Assembly (NCBI GenBank): GCA_963751455.1
Contig: CAVVUN010000002.1
Coordinates: 416,001 to 480,000, forward strand
Direction of reading: 5' to 3'
Source: Nitrospirota bacterium
Lineage (GTDB): Bacteria > Nitrospirota > UBA9217
DNA: 64,000 nucleotides
In this document: positions 1-9,184 of the stretch, piece by piece
Numbering within the stretch: position 1 is the first letter of the stretch
How the letters are laid out: each line of letters starts with the position of its first letter
Notes under the pieces: generated by a model
What the model saw: only the letters and a program-made list of their open reading frames with translations
Told to the model about the DNA's origin: nothing
The model's database searches: none
Program-made: the position numbers and the translations under genes

Positions 1-44
1 TCGCCTGCTAATATCCTTTAAAAGGCAGCCTAAAGGAGAACAGC

Positions 45-479
45 ATGGAATGGACCGAGAAATTGACGGTCGGGATTGATACGATCGACAGCCAGCACAG
101 GGAATTATTCAAGAGGATCAATAATCTTGTCCAGGCAATAAAAGAGCACCGCTGCAAGAACGAGATAGACGGCACCATCAAGTTCCTCGATGATTACGCG
201 CGGGTTCATTTTGCCGAGGAAGAAAAGCGAATGCAGGAGACCGCATATCCCGGCCTGGAGGAACAGCGGCGGGAGCACAACAGGTACCTTCAGGCATTGA
301 ACGAATTGAAGGAGCAGGCGTCTCTACCCCGTATCCAGGGCAGCTCATACGACCTGTCAGCTACGACGAACCAGGTGGTTGTGGACTGGATCGTGGACCA
401 TATTATTAAAGTGGATATGAAGTTCGGCGAGTATTTAAAAACAGCGGGGAGCAGAGCAGGACGCAGAAAAATCGGATAA
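45..479 (+). CDS. bacteriohemerythrin
   Basis: W...G...ID.QH, HF..EE, H...H and HI...D iron-ligand pattern; AGGAG RBS. Confidence 0.9.
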   Translation: MEWTEKLTVGIDTIDSQHRELFKRINNLVQAIKEHRCKNEIDGTIKFLDDYARVHFAEEEKRMQETAYPGLEEQRREHNRYLQALNELKEQASLPRIQGSSYDLSATTNQVVVDWIVDHIIKVDMKFGEYLKTAGSRAGRRKIG

Positions 480-860
480 ACGCGGATAAACCTGAAAAAA
501 GCAGTTGGACACGGATAAAATCTGATCAACACGGATTTATAGGAAGTTACGAACAGTAATGGATTCACCCAAAAGGCGAGATGGCTTTTTGCTCTATCAC
601 ATTGTTTTGATCCGCTGTTTCCGTGTTCATCCGTGTTCAAATGCCGTTTTTAGGATAAATCTGAACAATAGGTGTTTTGACTTTTAGAAAAAGACCGGCC
701 GTTACTGGATACGCATTTCAACTAAAGAATTTATTCTATCTGCGTTAATCTGCGTTCGCCCCGTTAGAGATTCATCTCAATCGAGACAAATAAATCGGTT
801 CAAGTAAATATCTTTGCTCTATCTCTAACGGGGTTCATCTGCGGCCCAACAGCCGTTTCC
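461..860. repeat. clusters of short tandem/inverted repeats (CACGGAT/CGCGGAT/CGCAGAT family)
   Basis: acacggataaaatctgatcaacacggat ... ccgtgttcatccgtgttc; atctgcgttaatctgcgttc. Confidence 0.8.
758..834. mobile_element. 77-bp MITE
   Basis: TIRs GCCCCGTTAGAGAT / ATCTCTAACGGGGT (13/14 match), splits an atctgcgttcatctgcgg repeat. Confidence 0.65.
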
Positions 861-867
861 ATGTTGC

Positions 868-2295
868 TCATTTCCCTTCCAGGCTGCTCATTTCGCCGAC
901 GCGATGGATCTTCATCATGTTCGTGCTGCCCGCAACTCCGACCGGGACCCCGGCCGTAATCACGATCAAATCGCCCCTTTTTGCCAGGTTCCGGCGCAGC
1001 AATTCCCGCTCCACACTCCCGATCATGTCGTCGGTCGTGCGCTTGGTTTTCAGCAGGATCGGAGTCACCCCCCAGTACAGAGAAACAAGCCTTCCGATCC
1101 GTTCAAAAGGCGTTGCCGCAATGATGCTCTCCGCGGGCCGGTGTTTTGATACCAGCAGCGCCGTAGAGCCCGACTGGGTAAAGGCGATGATTGCCTTTGC
1201 CTTCTGTTCCTCTGCAGCCCGGCATGCGGCATGCGCAACGCTTTCACCTGCGCCGCTTACGTGCGCGTCGGCCGGGACAGGGCGAAGAGAGGTTTCCGCA
1301 TGCAGGGCTATTCTTGCCATGACTGCCACGGACTGGACCGGATATTTGCCCACGGCGGTTTCACCCGAGAGCATGACGCAGTCAGTCCCATCCAGGATCG
1401 CGTTTGCGACATCGGATGCTTCGGCACGGGTGGGCTGCGGGCTCTCGATCATGCTTTCGAGCATCTGCGTTGCGGTGATGACGGGCTTTTCAGACTGGTT
1501 GCACGCCTCGATGATTTTTTTCTGCAGGAGGGGCACCTGCTCAGGCGAGGTTTCAACACCGAGATCTCCTCTCGCCACCATTATCCCGTCGGACGCTTCG
1601 ATGATCTCATGAAGGTTCATCACGGCCTCGGGTTTCTCGATCTTCGCAATGATCGGTATGTCCCGGCGGAGTGAGCGAATAAAGCGCCTGCTGCGAAGAA
1701 TATCCTCGGCCGAGCGGACGAATGAGAGCGCAATGTAATCCACGCCCTGGGCAACGCCAAAGATGAGGTCTTCCTTGTCCTTCTGCGAAAGAGACGGGAG
1801 TGAAAGATGAGTGCCGGGGAGGTTGATGCCTTTATGGCTCCGAAGAACTCCGCCGCAGACTATTTTACAGACCACGTCCGCATTTTTCTTTTTTGTTACC
1901 TTCAGCTCGAGCCTTCCGTCGTCGAGCAGGACATGGTCGCCTACTCTCAAGTCCCTGGTGAGGCGGGTATAAACGACGCTTATGGCCTCGCTGGTTCCGA
2001 CGATCTTCCGGGGGGTTAGCAGAATCTCGCTGCCCCGTCTCAGTTTGACGCCGCCGTCCTTCATCGCACCAACCCGGAGCTTCGGGCCCTGGAGGTCCTG
2101 GATAATGGCGATGTGTTTCCCGGCCTTCACGGCTTCGCTCCTGATCAGCCGGATCCGCAGCTTGTGGTCCTTACGGTCGCCGTGTGAGAAGTTCAATCTG
2201 GCGGCGTCCATGCCGGCCCGGATCAGTTTTGAAATCATCGCCGGTGAACTTGATGCAGGTCCAATCGTTGCGATTATTTTAGTGCGTTTATTCAT
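868..2295 (-). CDS. pyk: pyruvate kinase
   Basis: TKIIATIGPAS, ARLNFSHG, IIAKIEK, MVARGDLG, TATQMLESM. Confidence 0.97.
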   Translation of the reverse strand: MNKRTKIIATIGPASSSPAMISKLIRAGMDAARLNFSHGDRKDHKLRIRLIRSEAVKAGKHIAIIQDLQGPKLRVGAMKDGGVKLRRGSEILLTPRKIVGTSEAISVVYTRLTRDLRVGDHVLLDDGRLELKVTKKKNADVVCKIVCGGVLRSHKGINLPGTHLSLPSLSQKDKEDLIFGVAQGVDYIALSFVRSAEDILRSRRFIRSLRRDIPIIAKIEKPEAVMNLHEIIEASDGIMVARGDLGVETSPEQVPLLQKKIIEACNQSEKPVITATQMLESMIESPQPTRAEASDVANAILDGTDCVMLSGETAVGKYPVQSVAVMARIALHAETSLRPVPADAHVSGAGESVAHAACRAAEEQKAKAIIAFTQSGSTALLVSKHRPAESIIAATPFERIGRLVSLYWGVTPILLKTKRTTDDMIGSVERELLRRNLAKRGDLIVITAGVPVGVAGSTNMMKIHRVGEMSSLEGK

Positions 2296-2405
2296 AGTCG
2301 GGATTATACCTGATTAACGCTGAAAAGTTGAGGAAAAATAAACTAAAGTTATTTAATCAGGGGATGAATTGAAGATTAGAAATATAAAAGCTATAGAAGT
2401 GACTT

Positions 2406-2582
2406 AGCCACGGATGAACACAGCCTGCATTCGCGCTTCGCAAAGACTTAGACCCTTTGTCGACCATCAAGACGGGAATCAAGGGCCTCATAATTGCTGG
2501 CCGCAGGCAGATAGGCACGGATTTTAAGAAGTCTTAAAATGTCTCTTCTTTTATCAGTGTTCATCCGTGTCCATCCGTGGTT
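2406..2582. repeat. CACGGAT-family inverted doublet with an 84-bp insert (2424-2507)
   Basis: ccacggatgaacacag ... atcagtgttcatccgtgtccatccgtgg; insert CCTGC...GCAGG flanked by CAG duplication. Confidence 0.7.
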
Positions 2583-2601
2583 ATAAGTCAGATCCGGTTT
2601 T

Positions 2602-3726
2602 TCACGGTTCGATCCTGATCAGTTCGTATTTCCTCGTCCCAAGACCCAGCCTCTCCGCCTCGTCGATCTGGAGCTGCATGGGCCGGGGATTCAGGCGGGA
2701 CATGACGTCCTCACCCGACTTTACGCCTGTTTCATCTGCCGCGGACTGGGGAAGGGGAGGGGCCGCCTTGAGCATGTCGAGGGTGGCCTGCTCTATGGCG
2801 ACGATATCGTCCGAGATCATTATGCCCTGGTCCTGGATCACAGGAACATCCGCGACCGGCATGCAGTCGCATTCCGGCTGGACCTGGTAGAGGAAGTTGA
2901 TGTACACCACTTTTCCCTTTTGAAATGTCGACAGCACAGCTGCAGCAGCCTCCGCTATGCTCTTCTGGAACGTGTTGTCGTCCTGCGGCATGATGAGGGC
3001 GCCTTCCTGGCAGACCCGGCTGCAGCGCCCGCAGTGCCAGCACGAACTCTGGTCAACCACGAACACGCCGTCTTTAAAATCGATCGCGTGAAGCGGACAG
3101 ATGTTTTTACATTGTTCGCAGAAGGTGCAGATTTCCGGGTTCCATTGGAGGGAGAGCTCGCCGTGGCAATGCATGCCGCCCCGTCCTTTTTTCCATCCCT
3201 GATGACGGTGTCGCGAGCTGACGCAGCCCATGGCAAGGTTCTTGAGCGCTCCGGCGTAACCTGCGTTGATATGGCCCTTCGTATGGGTGCAGACGACCAT
3301 GGCTGGAACGTCATGGATAACCGACGCGACGGCGATTTCTCCCAGAATCGGGCCGGCCTTGACCAGGATGCTGTCTTTGCCGTAGAGGCCGTCAGCAAGC
3401 ACAACCGGCGCTCCGCAGGAGAGGTGGTTCAAACCGTTCTGATTCGCGACTTCAAGGTAGTCCAGGCCCATGATCCTTACGGTATCGGTCACGAAGGGCT
3501 GTGCGCCTGTCGTCTTGATTGCTTCCACCACTTTGCGAAGCATTATTGGCGGTATTATCCTGAATGCGCCCTGCGAGCCCCAATGGGTTTTGACAGCGAC
3601 CCACTCGTCTTCCACGAAGCGATCCGTGAAGTTGATCTTTTCCAGGAGCGTTTCAAGCTTTCCGGGAACACTGTGCGTGTAATCCCATCGTAAAGTGCGG
3701 GCTGAAGAGAAAAAGACATCGGACAT
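2602..3726 (-). CDS. DUF362-type Fe-S protein with 2x[4Fe-4S] ferredoxin domain
   Basis: VAVKTHWG, HTKGH, ALKNLAMG, CxxCxxCxxxCP twice, PECDC, SDDIVAIEQA. Confidence 0.85.
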   Translation of the reverse strand: MSDVFFSSARTLRWDYTHSVPGKLETLLEKINFTDRFVEDEWVAVKTHWGSQGAFRIIPPIMLRKVVEAIKTTGAQPFVTDTVRIMGLDYLEVANQNGLNHLSCGAPVVLADGLYGKDSILVKAGPILGEIAVASVIHDVPAMVVCTHTKGHINAGYAGALKNLAMGCVSSRHRHQGWKKGRGGMHCHGELSLQWNPEICTFCEQCKNICPLHAIDFKDGVFVVDQSSCWHCGRCSRVCQEGALIMPQDDNTFQKSIAEAAAAVLSTFQKGKVVYINFLYQVQPECDCMPVADVPVIQDQGIMISDDIVAIEQATLDMLKAAPPLPQSAADETGVKSGEDVMSRLNPRPMQLQIDEAERLGLGTRKYELIRIEP

Positions 3727-3740
3727 CGGGTTCCTCGCTT

Positions 3741-4037
3741 TTAAAAGGCGCCGGGACGAAAGAAAAGAGTAATTTCAAAAGCAACAGTATTTGCAAAGAT
3801 CCCGATGACGGCCAGCAGAAGCGCCCATCGGGTTAGTGGAGACGTGTCCAAAGTCTGGAGGTCCGATCTTGCCAGAACGACCACGGACAAGGCAAACCCG
3901 AATGCATTGGAGGCGAGGAAGGAAGCAGAGAAGGCTCTCCCCGAGACGTTTACCGGGTCCAGAAACAAAAGCGAGGAATAAACCAAAAGCGGTATTCCAA
4001 GAGAGAAAATTCCGTATGCCACATCGATTTTTTTCAT
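3741..4037 (-). CDS. small membrane protein (3 TM), unknown function
   Basis: hydrophobic ORF tightly packed between rsmI and the DUF362 gene. Confidence 0.6.
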   Translation of the reverse strand: MKKIDVAYGIFSLGIPLLVYSSLLFLDPVNVSGRAFSASFLASNAFGFALSVVVLARSDLQTLDTSPLTRWALLLAVIGIFANTVAFEITLFFRPGAF

Positions 4038-4039
4038 GG

Positions 4040-4879
4040 CTATTCAGCTTTACCTAGTTTCAAGCTCTCCTTGTACACTTCTTTTTTCGGCAGGCCTAAC
4101 TCTTCTGCGGCTACTGAAACAGCCTCTTTCCTGCTTAAGCCGCGGTGAATCATAAGGTTCTTGAGATACCCTGCTGCATCGACATCCTGCTTTTTGGGTT
4201 CCTGAGATGCGCCATGGACGACAATCGTGAACTCGCCCTTAAGGGAACCTTGGTTCAGCTTTATCAGGATTCCCGAAAGTGTTCCCCGTAATGTTTCTTC
4301 GTGGATTTTTGTCAACTCACGGGTCACGACGGCTCTACGATCACCAAAAACTGCGAGCACGTCTTCGACCGTTTTCAGGATCTTGTGCGGGGCTTCGTAA
4401 AAGATGATTGTTCGCCGTTCATTCTCAAGCTCCCTGAGCCGTTTAAGGCGTGCGCCCTGCTTGGCGGGGAGAAATCCTTCGAAAACGAAACTGTCGGTGG
4501 GCAGCCCGGAAATAGAAAGTGCGGTTATTGCCGCCGTTGCCCCCGGTATCGGGACCACCGGCACGTCCTGAGCCAGAGCGAGATTTATAAGGAAATAACC
4601 GGGGTCCGAGATGCCTGGCGTTCCGGCATCGGACACGAGGGCGATGTTCTTTCCCTCGAGCAGGCGGGCGATAAGGACCGGGCCCTTTTCTTCCTTGTTA
4701 TGATCATGATAGCTGGTGAGCGGTCTGTCGATGCTGTACCGGTCGAGCAGGTGCTTCGTATGGCGTGTGTCCTCGGCCGCGATCAGGTCCACTTCCTTGA
4801 GCACCCTGATTGCCCGAAGGGTGATGTCCTCTAGGTTTCCGATGGGGGTGGCTACTATGTAGAGGGTGCCGGTAGACAT
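4040..4879 (-). CDS. rsmI: 16S rRNA C1402 2'-O-methyltransferase
   Basis: LYIVATPIGNLEDIT, AAEDTR, VSDAGTPGISDPG, RELTKIHE. Confidence 0.96.
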   Translation of the reverse strand: MSTGTLYIVATPIGNLEDITLRAIRVLKEVDLIAAEDTRHTKHLLDRYSIDRPLTSYHDHNKEEKGPVLIARLLEGKNIALVSDAGTPGISDPGYFLINLALAQDVPVVPIPGATAAITALSISGLPTDSFVFEGFLPAKQGARLKRLRELENERRTIIFYEAPHKILKTVEDVLAVFGDRRAVVTRELTKIHEETLRGTLSGILIKLNQGSLKGEFTIVVHGASQEPKKQDVDAAGYLKNLMIHRGLSRKEAVSVAAEELGLPKKEVYKESLKLGKAE

Positions 4880-4919
4880 GATTGATTGTTCTCGCAAAGA
4901 AACAAATTAAAAAAATTGT

Positions 4920-5058
4920 CTCTCGCAAAGGCGCAAAGAGCGCTAAGAAAACAGTCCAGAAAAGAAAGGATTTAGAGCTTGTCTTAAAATAGACATTAAG
5001 TCTTTCTTTGCGACCTTTGCTCGACTCGACTGAGCTCGTCGAAGTCCTTTGCGAGAGA
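4920..5058. repeat. empty CGCAAAG-family inverted doublet
   Basis: tctcgcaaaggcgcaaagagcgctaag ... ctttgcgacctttgc..ctttgcgagaga. Confidence 0.75.
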
Positions 5059-5100
5059 TGCGGTTTGCTTTTGTTTTTAATGCTCTCTTAAGAAACTGTA

Positions 5101-6825
5101 TTAATAGCTCTTATACCTGTTCGTTATCGGGAAGCGGCGGTCTTTGCCGAGACCTCGCGGGCTGATTTTTACGCCGGGTGGGGCCTGCCTGCGCTTGTAC
5201 TCGCTGTAATCCACGAGACGAATGACCCGCTCCACGGTCTTCCGGTCGAAGCCCAGCTTAAGAATCTCGTCGAATTCAAGATCATCCTCGACATAGGCCT
5301 TGAGAATAGGATCGAGGATATCGTATAGGGGAAGGGAATCGCTGTCCTTCTGATTCGGCCTGAGCTCGGCAGTAGGCGCCTTGATCAGGACCCGTCTCGG
5401 AATCACGGTCCTTCCGGCAAGACGATTGATGCATTTGCAGACGTCATAGACCATGGTTTTGGGCACGTCCTTGATTACCGCAAAACCACCCGCCATGTCC
5501 CCGTACAAGGTTGCATAACCCGTGGACATTTCGCTTTTGTTGCCGGTCGTCAGAACCAGCCACCCGAACTTGTTCGAAAGCGCCATGATGATGATGCCCC
5601 TGATCCTTGACTGCAGGTTCTCCTCGGTCACGTCCTGTTTTGTGCGGGCAAAAACACCGCGAAGCGTATTCAAAAAAGCGTTGAACGGCTGGTGAATCGG
5701 TATCGTGAGCATCTCAATGCTGAGACTGCGCGCGAGATCCGCAGCATCCTCACGGCTTTCGCGGGAACTGAACTGCGACGGCATGAAGACTCCGCGCACA
5801 TGCTCTTTGCCTATGGCAGCAACGGCCACGGCCGCAACCAGTGACGAGTCAACTCCGCCCGAGAGGCCGATTACCACATCCTTGAACCCTGTTTTATTCA
5901 GGTAATCCCGGGTCCCGAGAACGAGTGCGTGGTACACCTCTTCAATAATGGGATACGGCTTCAGAATGCGCGCGGCAGGCAGCCTTTTTTTCTGAATACG
6001 CGGCCGGTTCCGGATGGTAAATGTTTCTATAAAACCCCTGTTTTCAAGCGGAACCGAACCGGAAAAAGCGTCCACCTCTTGCCGTTCAGGGCCCGTGAGC
6101 TTTATATCATGCGTGATCAGGTCTTCCTCGAATTGTTTTCCGGTTGCAAGCAGTTTTCCCCTGGGATCGAGGATCATGCTGTGTCCGTCGAAGACGAGTT
6201 CGTCCTGTCCTCCAACCGTGTTTGCATACACGATAAAGACCTTGTTATCCTTGGCGCGCAAGGCAAGCATCCGCTCCCGCTCCTTGCCTTTGCCTTTATG
6301 ATACGGAGATGCATTGATGGTTATGATTATCTCGGCCCCGGCCTGTGCCTGGGTCCGGGCCGGCCCGTCCGCGTACCAGATGTCCTCGCATACGTTAACG
6401 CCGATATTTATGCCGTTGATCGTGATTACCGGGAAGTGCCTGCCCGGCTTGAAATACCGGTATTCGTCGAACACTCCGTAATTGGGCAGAAGCATTTTGT
6501 GATAAACATGAACAACTTTCCCATTATGAAGGATCGCAGCCGCATCGTAGATATATTCGTTCGAGTCCACATATCCGACGATAGCGGTGATGCCTTTCGC
6601 GGCTTTTGTGATCTCTCTGAGCGTCCGCAGGTTGTCCTTCACGAATTGCGGCTTCAAAATGAGGTCTTCGGGAGGATACCCCGTTACGGCCAGCTCGGTG
6701 AAGACCACCATATCGCTCCCGAGCTTCCGGGCGCGCTGCATGTAGTCTATGATCTTGTCCTTGTTGCCCTTAAGGTCACCGACCGTAAGGTTTATCTGTG
6801 CCATGGAAATACGGATCGTTCTCAT
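5101..6825 (-). CDS. nadE: glutamine-dependent NAD+ synthetase
   Basis: N-terminal nitrilase domain (ELAVTGYPPED, CEDIW) plus GLSGGVDS, ENLQSRIR, TGNKSE, PTAELRPNQKD. Confidence 0.96.
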   Translation of the reverse strand: MRTIRISMAQINLTVGDLKGNKDKIIDYMQRARKLGSDMVVFTELAVTGYPPEDLILKPQFVKDNLRTLREITKAAKGITAIVGYVDSNEYIYDAAAILHNGKVVHVYHKMLLPNYGVFDEYRYFKPGRHFPVITINGINIGVNVCEDIWYADGPARTQAQAGAEIIITINASPYHKGKGKERERMLALRAKDNKVFIVYANTVGGQDELVFDGHSMILDPRGKLLATGKQFEEDLITHDIKLTGPERQEVDAFSGSVPLENRGFIETFTIRNRPRIQKKRLPAARILKPYPIIEEVYHALVLGTRDYLNKTGFKDVVIGLSGGVDSSLVAAVAVAAIGKEHVRGVFMPSQFSSRESREDAADLARSLSIEMLTIPIHQPFNAFLNTLRGVFARTKQDVTEENLQSRIRGIIIMALSNKFGWLVLTTGNKSEMSTGYATLYGDMAGGFAVIKDVPKTMVYDVCKCINRLAGRTVIPRRVLIKAPTAELRPNQKDSDSLPLYDILDPILKAYVEDDLEFDEILKLGFDRKTVERVIRLVDYSEYKRRQAPPGVKISPRGLGKDRRFPITNRYKSY

Positions 6826-6930
6826 GAAATTCTCACTAAGAAATTATCAATATAAATAACAAACGCCAAAACAGGTTTCTCGCAAAGGGCGCAAAGGACA
6901 GCATAAGTCATCTCATGATATTGAGGTCAA

Positions 6931-7308
6931 TTACAACCCATTTGCTATACGAGTTATTCCATTTTTCATTAATTCAACATTAAAATTAACGAGCAGGCCC
7001 AGTTTCATTTTTGTCAATTTCTGATAGGTCAATAGCTGTTTCTTATGAACAGGCATCACATTTTCTACGGATTTTATTTCAACGATGACCTTGTTATCTA
7101 CAATAACATCTGGTCTGAAGCCTAAATCCATTTTAATTTCTTCATAGATAACCGGTATGTCGACTTGGCAGCTAACAATGACACCCAGCTTTTTAAGTTC
7201 ATATACAAGGGCCGCTTCATAGACGGATTCTAGTAGACCTGGACCGAGATTTTTATGGATTTTTACGCAAAGATCAACGACAATTTTTGACAACTCGTTT
7301 TCAGTCAT
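6931..7308 (-). CDS. GxxExxY protein (PD-(D/E)XK nuclease-like)
   Basis: GPGLLESVYE motif, D..V...VIVEIKS, QLLTY, GLLVNF; AT-rich; flanked by inverted CGCAAAG repeats. Confidence 0.92.
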   Translation of the reverse strand: MTENELSKIVVDLCVKIHKNLGPGLLESVYEAALVYELKKLGVIVSCQVDIPVIYEEIKMDLGFRPDVIVDNKVIVEIKSVENVMPVHKKQLLTYQKLTKMKLGLLVNFNVELMKNGITRIANGL

Positions 7309-7309
7309 T

Positions 7310-8503
7310 TCAGACTTCCTTTGCGCCCTTTGCGTCTTTGCGAGAAAAATGGCTTTTCGCTTCCTCTATCACCTGCTTCAGAGCGATCTGCTTCTCTTCC
7401 GCTATCTTTCTGCAGTCCTCAAACTCCGGAGTGGCAGTCAGGATCTCCTCCCCGCGCCTGCTGATCTTGATCCTGACTTTGCCGTACCTGGTTTCTATTT
7501 CCCGTGTATCGCGCTCAAGTTTGAGCCTTCCCACTTCACTGACCCGGAGGCCGATGCTCGTTGTTTCCCGGAAAATGGTGTTTGCAAGCATACTCTTTTT
7601 ATCTTTATCACAGAGGACCGACAGCAATATCGCCGGTCTTCCCTTCTTCATGATGATCGGCGCAAGATACACATCGTGGGCGCCCTGCTTCATGAGCTTC
7701 TCTATAACATAATCATAAAGCTGCGGGTTCATGTCGTCAATGTTCGTTTCGATTATTATGGACTGGTCCTCTTCATATGATTCAAGCGGCTCTCCAAGGA
7801 TCACTCTCAAAACATTCGGTTGGCCGGAAATATCCTTGCCGCCTGCGCCATATGCCGCGCGGTTTGTTCGCATTGCAGGAACGGGCCCGAAGGAAGAGGC
7901 AAGCGTGCTCAAAATGGCTGCTCCTGTCGGCGTCGTCAACTCGAACGGAATTGTGGACCCGTAGGAGGGCGCGGCCTTCAGCAGTTCTATAGTTGCAGGG
8001 GCGGGGACAGGAAGCATGCCATGCGCTGTCGTGACGGTTCCGGAACCCAGGTTCACCGGCGATCCGACTATCTTTGTTACACCGAGCAGGTCGAGTCCGA
8101 TTACTGAACCGACTATATCGACAATCGCGTCGACCGCTCCCACTTCATGAAAATGGACCTTGTCCGGCGTTGTCCCATGAACATGCGCTTCAGCCTTCGC
8201 CAGCCGTTCGAAGATGGCGATGCTCTGCTGTTTTATCGAGGCCGAAAGCCGCGATTTTTCGATAATCGTGCGGACGACCGAAAGGTGGCGTGCAGGCTGC
8301 TCCTTCGTGTCGATATTTACGTTTACCTTGGTAGCTGCTATACCAGAGCGGCTGACTTTTTCAGCCGTGATCTTGTATCCGGCAAGGTTCAGCCTGGCAA
8401 GCTCCGAGCGCAATGCGTCGATATTCACGCCCGCATCCACGAGTGCTCCCAGGGTCATATCGCCGGATATACCGGAAAAACAGTCGAAGTAGGCTAGAGT
8501 CAT
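7310..8503 (-). CDS. larC: nickel-pincer cofactor nickel insertase
   Basis: YFDCFSGISGDM, HFHEVGAVD, PVPAPAT, ELTTPTGAA, ETNIDD, MKKGRP. Confidence 0.95.
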   Translation of the reverse strand: MTLAYFDCFSGISGDMTLGALVDAGVNIDALRSELARLNLAGYKITAEKVSRSGIAATKVNVNIDTKEQPARHLSVVRTIIEKSRLSASIKQQSIAIFERLAKAEAHVHGTTPDKVHFHEVGAVDAIVDIVGSVIGLDLLGVTKIVGSPVNLGSGTVTTAHGMLPVPAPATIELLKAAPSYGSTIPFELTTPTGAAILSTLASSFGPVPAMRTNRAAYGAGGKDISGQPNVLRVILGEPLESYEEDQSIIIETNIDDMNPQLYDYVIEKLMKQGAHDVYLAPIIMKKGRPAILLSVLCDKDKKSMLANTIFRETTSIGLRVSEVGRLKLERDTREIETRYGKVRIKISRRGEEILTATPEFEDCRKIAEEKQIALKQVIEEAKSHFSRKDAKGAKEV

Positions 8504-8668
8504 AGCGAATTATGCCGTCATTGCGAGCCAGAGGCGAAGCAATCTCGTTTTTGTCGTTGTAGCAATCTTAATAAAAGTTCCTGAAAAGCAAGTCATTGCG
8601 TGACGCGGTTTTTTGCGACGCGGCAATCACGTTTTGTTCGCAAATCCCGGCAGTTTTTGAATTTCCTA

Positions 8669-9101
8669 CTACTGCAATAATGCATCAAACAAGTCCTTCC
8701 ATTCGGGGTTCATGCTATTTACCAGTTCGATCTTTTTCTTGCGAGAACCGCCTTTAATCTGCTTCTCTCTGGCAATTGCCGAGTGCGCATTCTGTCCAAC
8801 TTCATAATAAACAAGTTTGATGATCTCGTAAAAAGTCGTCTCCCCGGTGAAAACCGGGGTCCAGTGGTTATCGAACTTATTGAAAAGACTGGATACCGGC
8901 GTTCGCCGGTATGACGAAATTGGGTGTTTTCTGACTTCTTACGAATGCATCAAGTTTAGAGATATTATATTTTTGGTAAAACCATCTGCTGTTTTTTGTT
9001 TATGCTGATGAACGCGTTCTAATCAGATTATTAGTCACTCCTGTATAGAGAACCGAGTGAATTTTGTTCGTCATAATGTAAACGTAATACTGTTTCTCCA
9101 T
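8669..9101 (-). pseudogene. GIY-YIG nuclease pseudogene
   Basis: manual translation MEKQYYVYIMTN..VLYTGVTNNL..GFT.KYNISKL / VYYE..AIAREKQIKGGSRKKKIELVNSMNPEWKDL; two frameshifts and a MITE insertion. Confidence 0.9.
8819..8951. mobile_element. 133-bp MITE (GATG...CATC ends) carrying a GTCATNCCGG hairpin pair
   Basis: TIRs GATGATCTCGTAAAAAGTC / GACTTCTTACGAATGCATC; AAGTTT duplicated on both sides; removal restores SKLVYY. Confidence 0.85.
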
Positions 9102-9184
9102 ATCTGTTTAAATGCGAGATTGCTTCGTCGCGATGCTCCTCGCAATGACGACTCAGAATGGGGTTAGCTTAAGAAGAATGGCAG

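Larger units (their letters stand above)
8516..9150. repeat. CGTCATTGCGAG-type palindromic repeats bracketing the GIY-YIG gene
   Basis: cgtcattgcgag..gaagcaatctcg (8516-8547), second copy 8592-8631, inverted cgagattgcttcg..ctcgcaatgacg (9115-9150). Confidence 0.8.

Noticed and set aside
461-860. Possible CRISPR array from the repeated motifs
   Set aside because: Units are 7-10 bp, inverted and irregularly spaced. There is no constant repeat-spacer period and no cas gene in the window.
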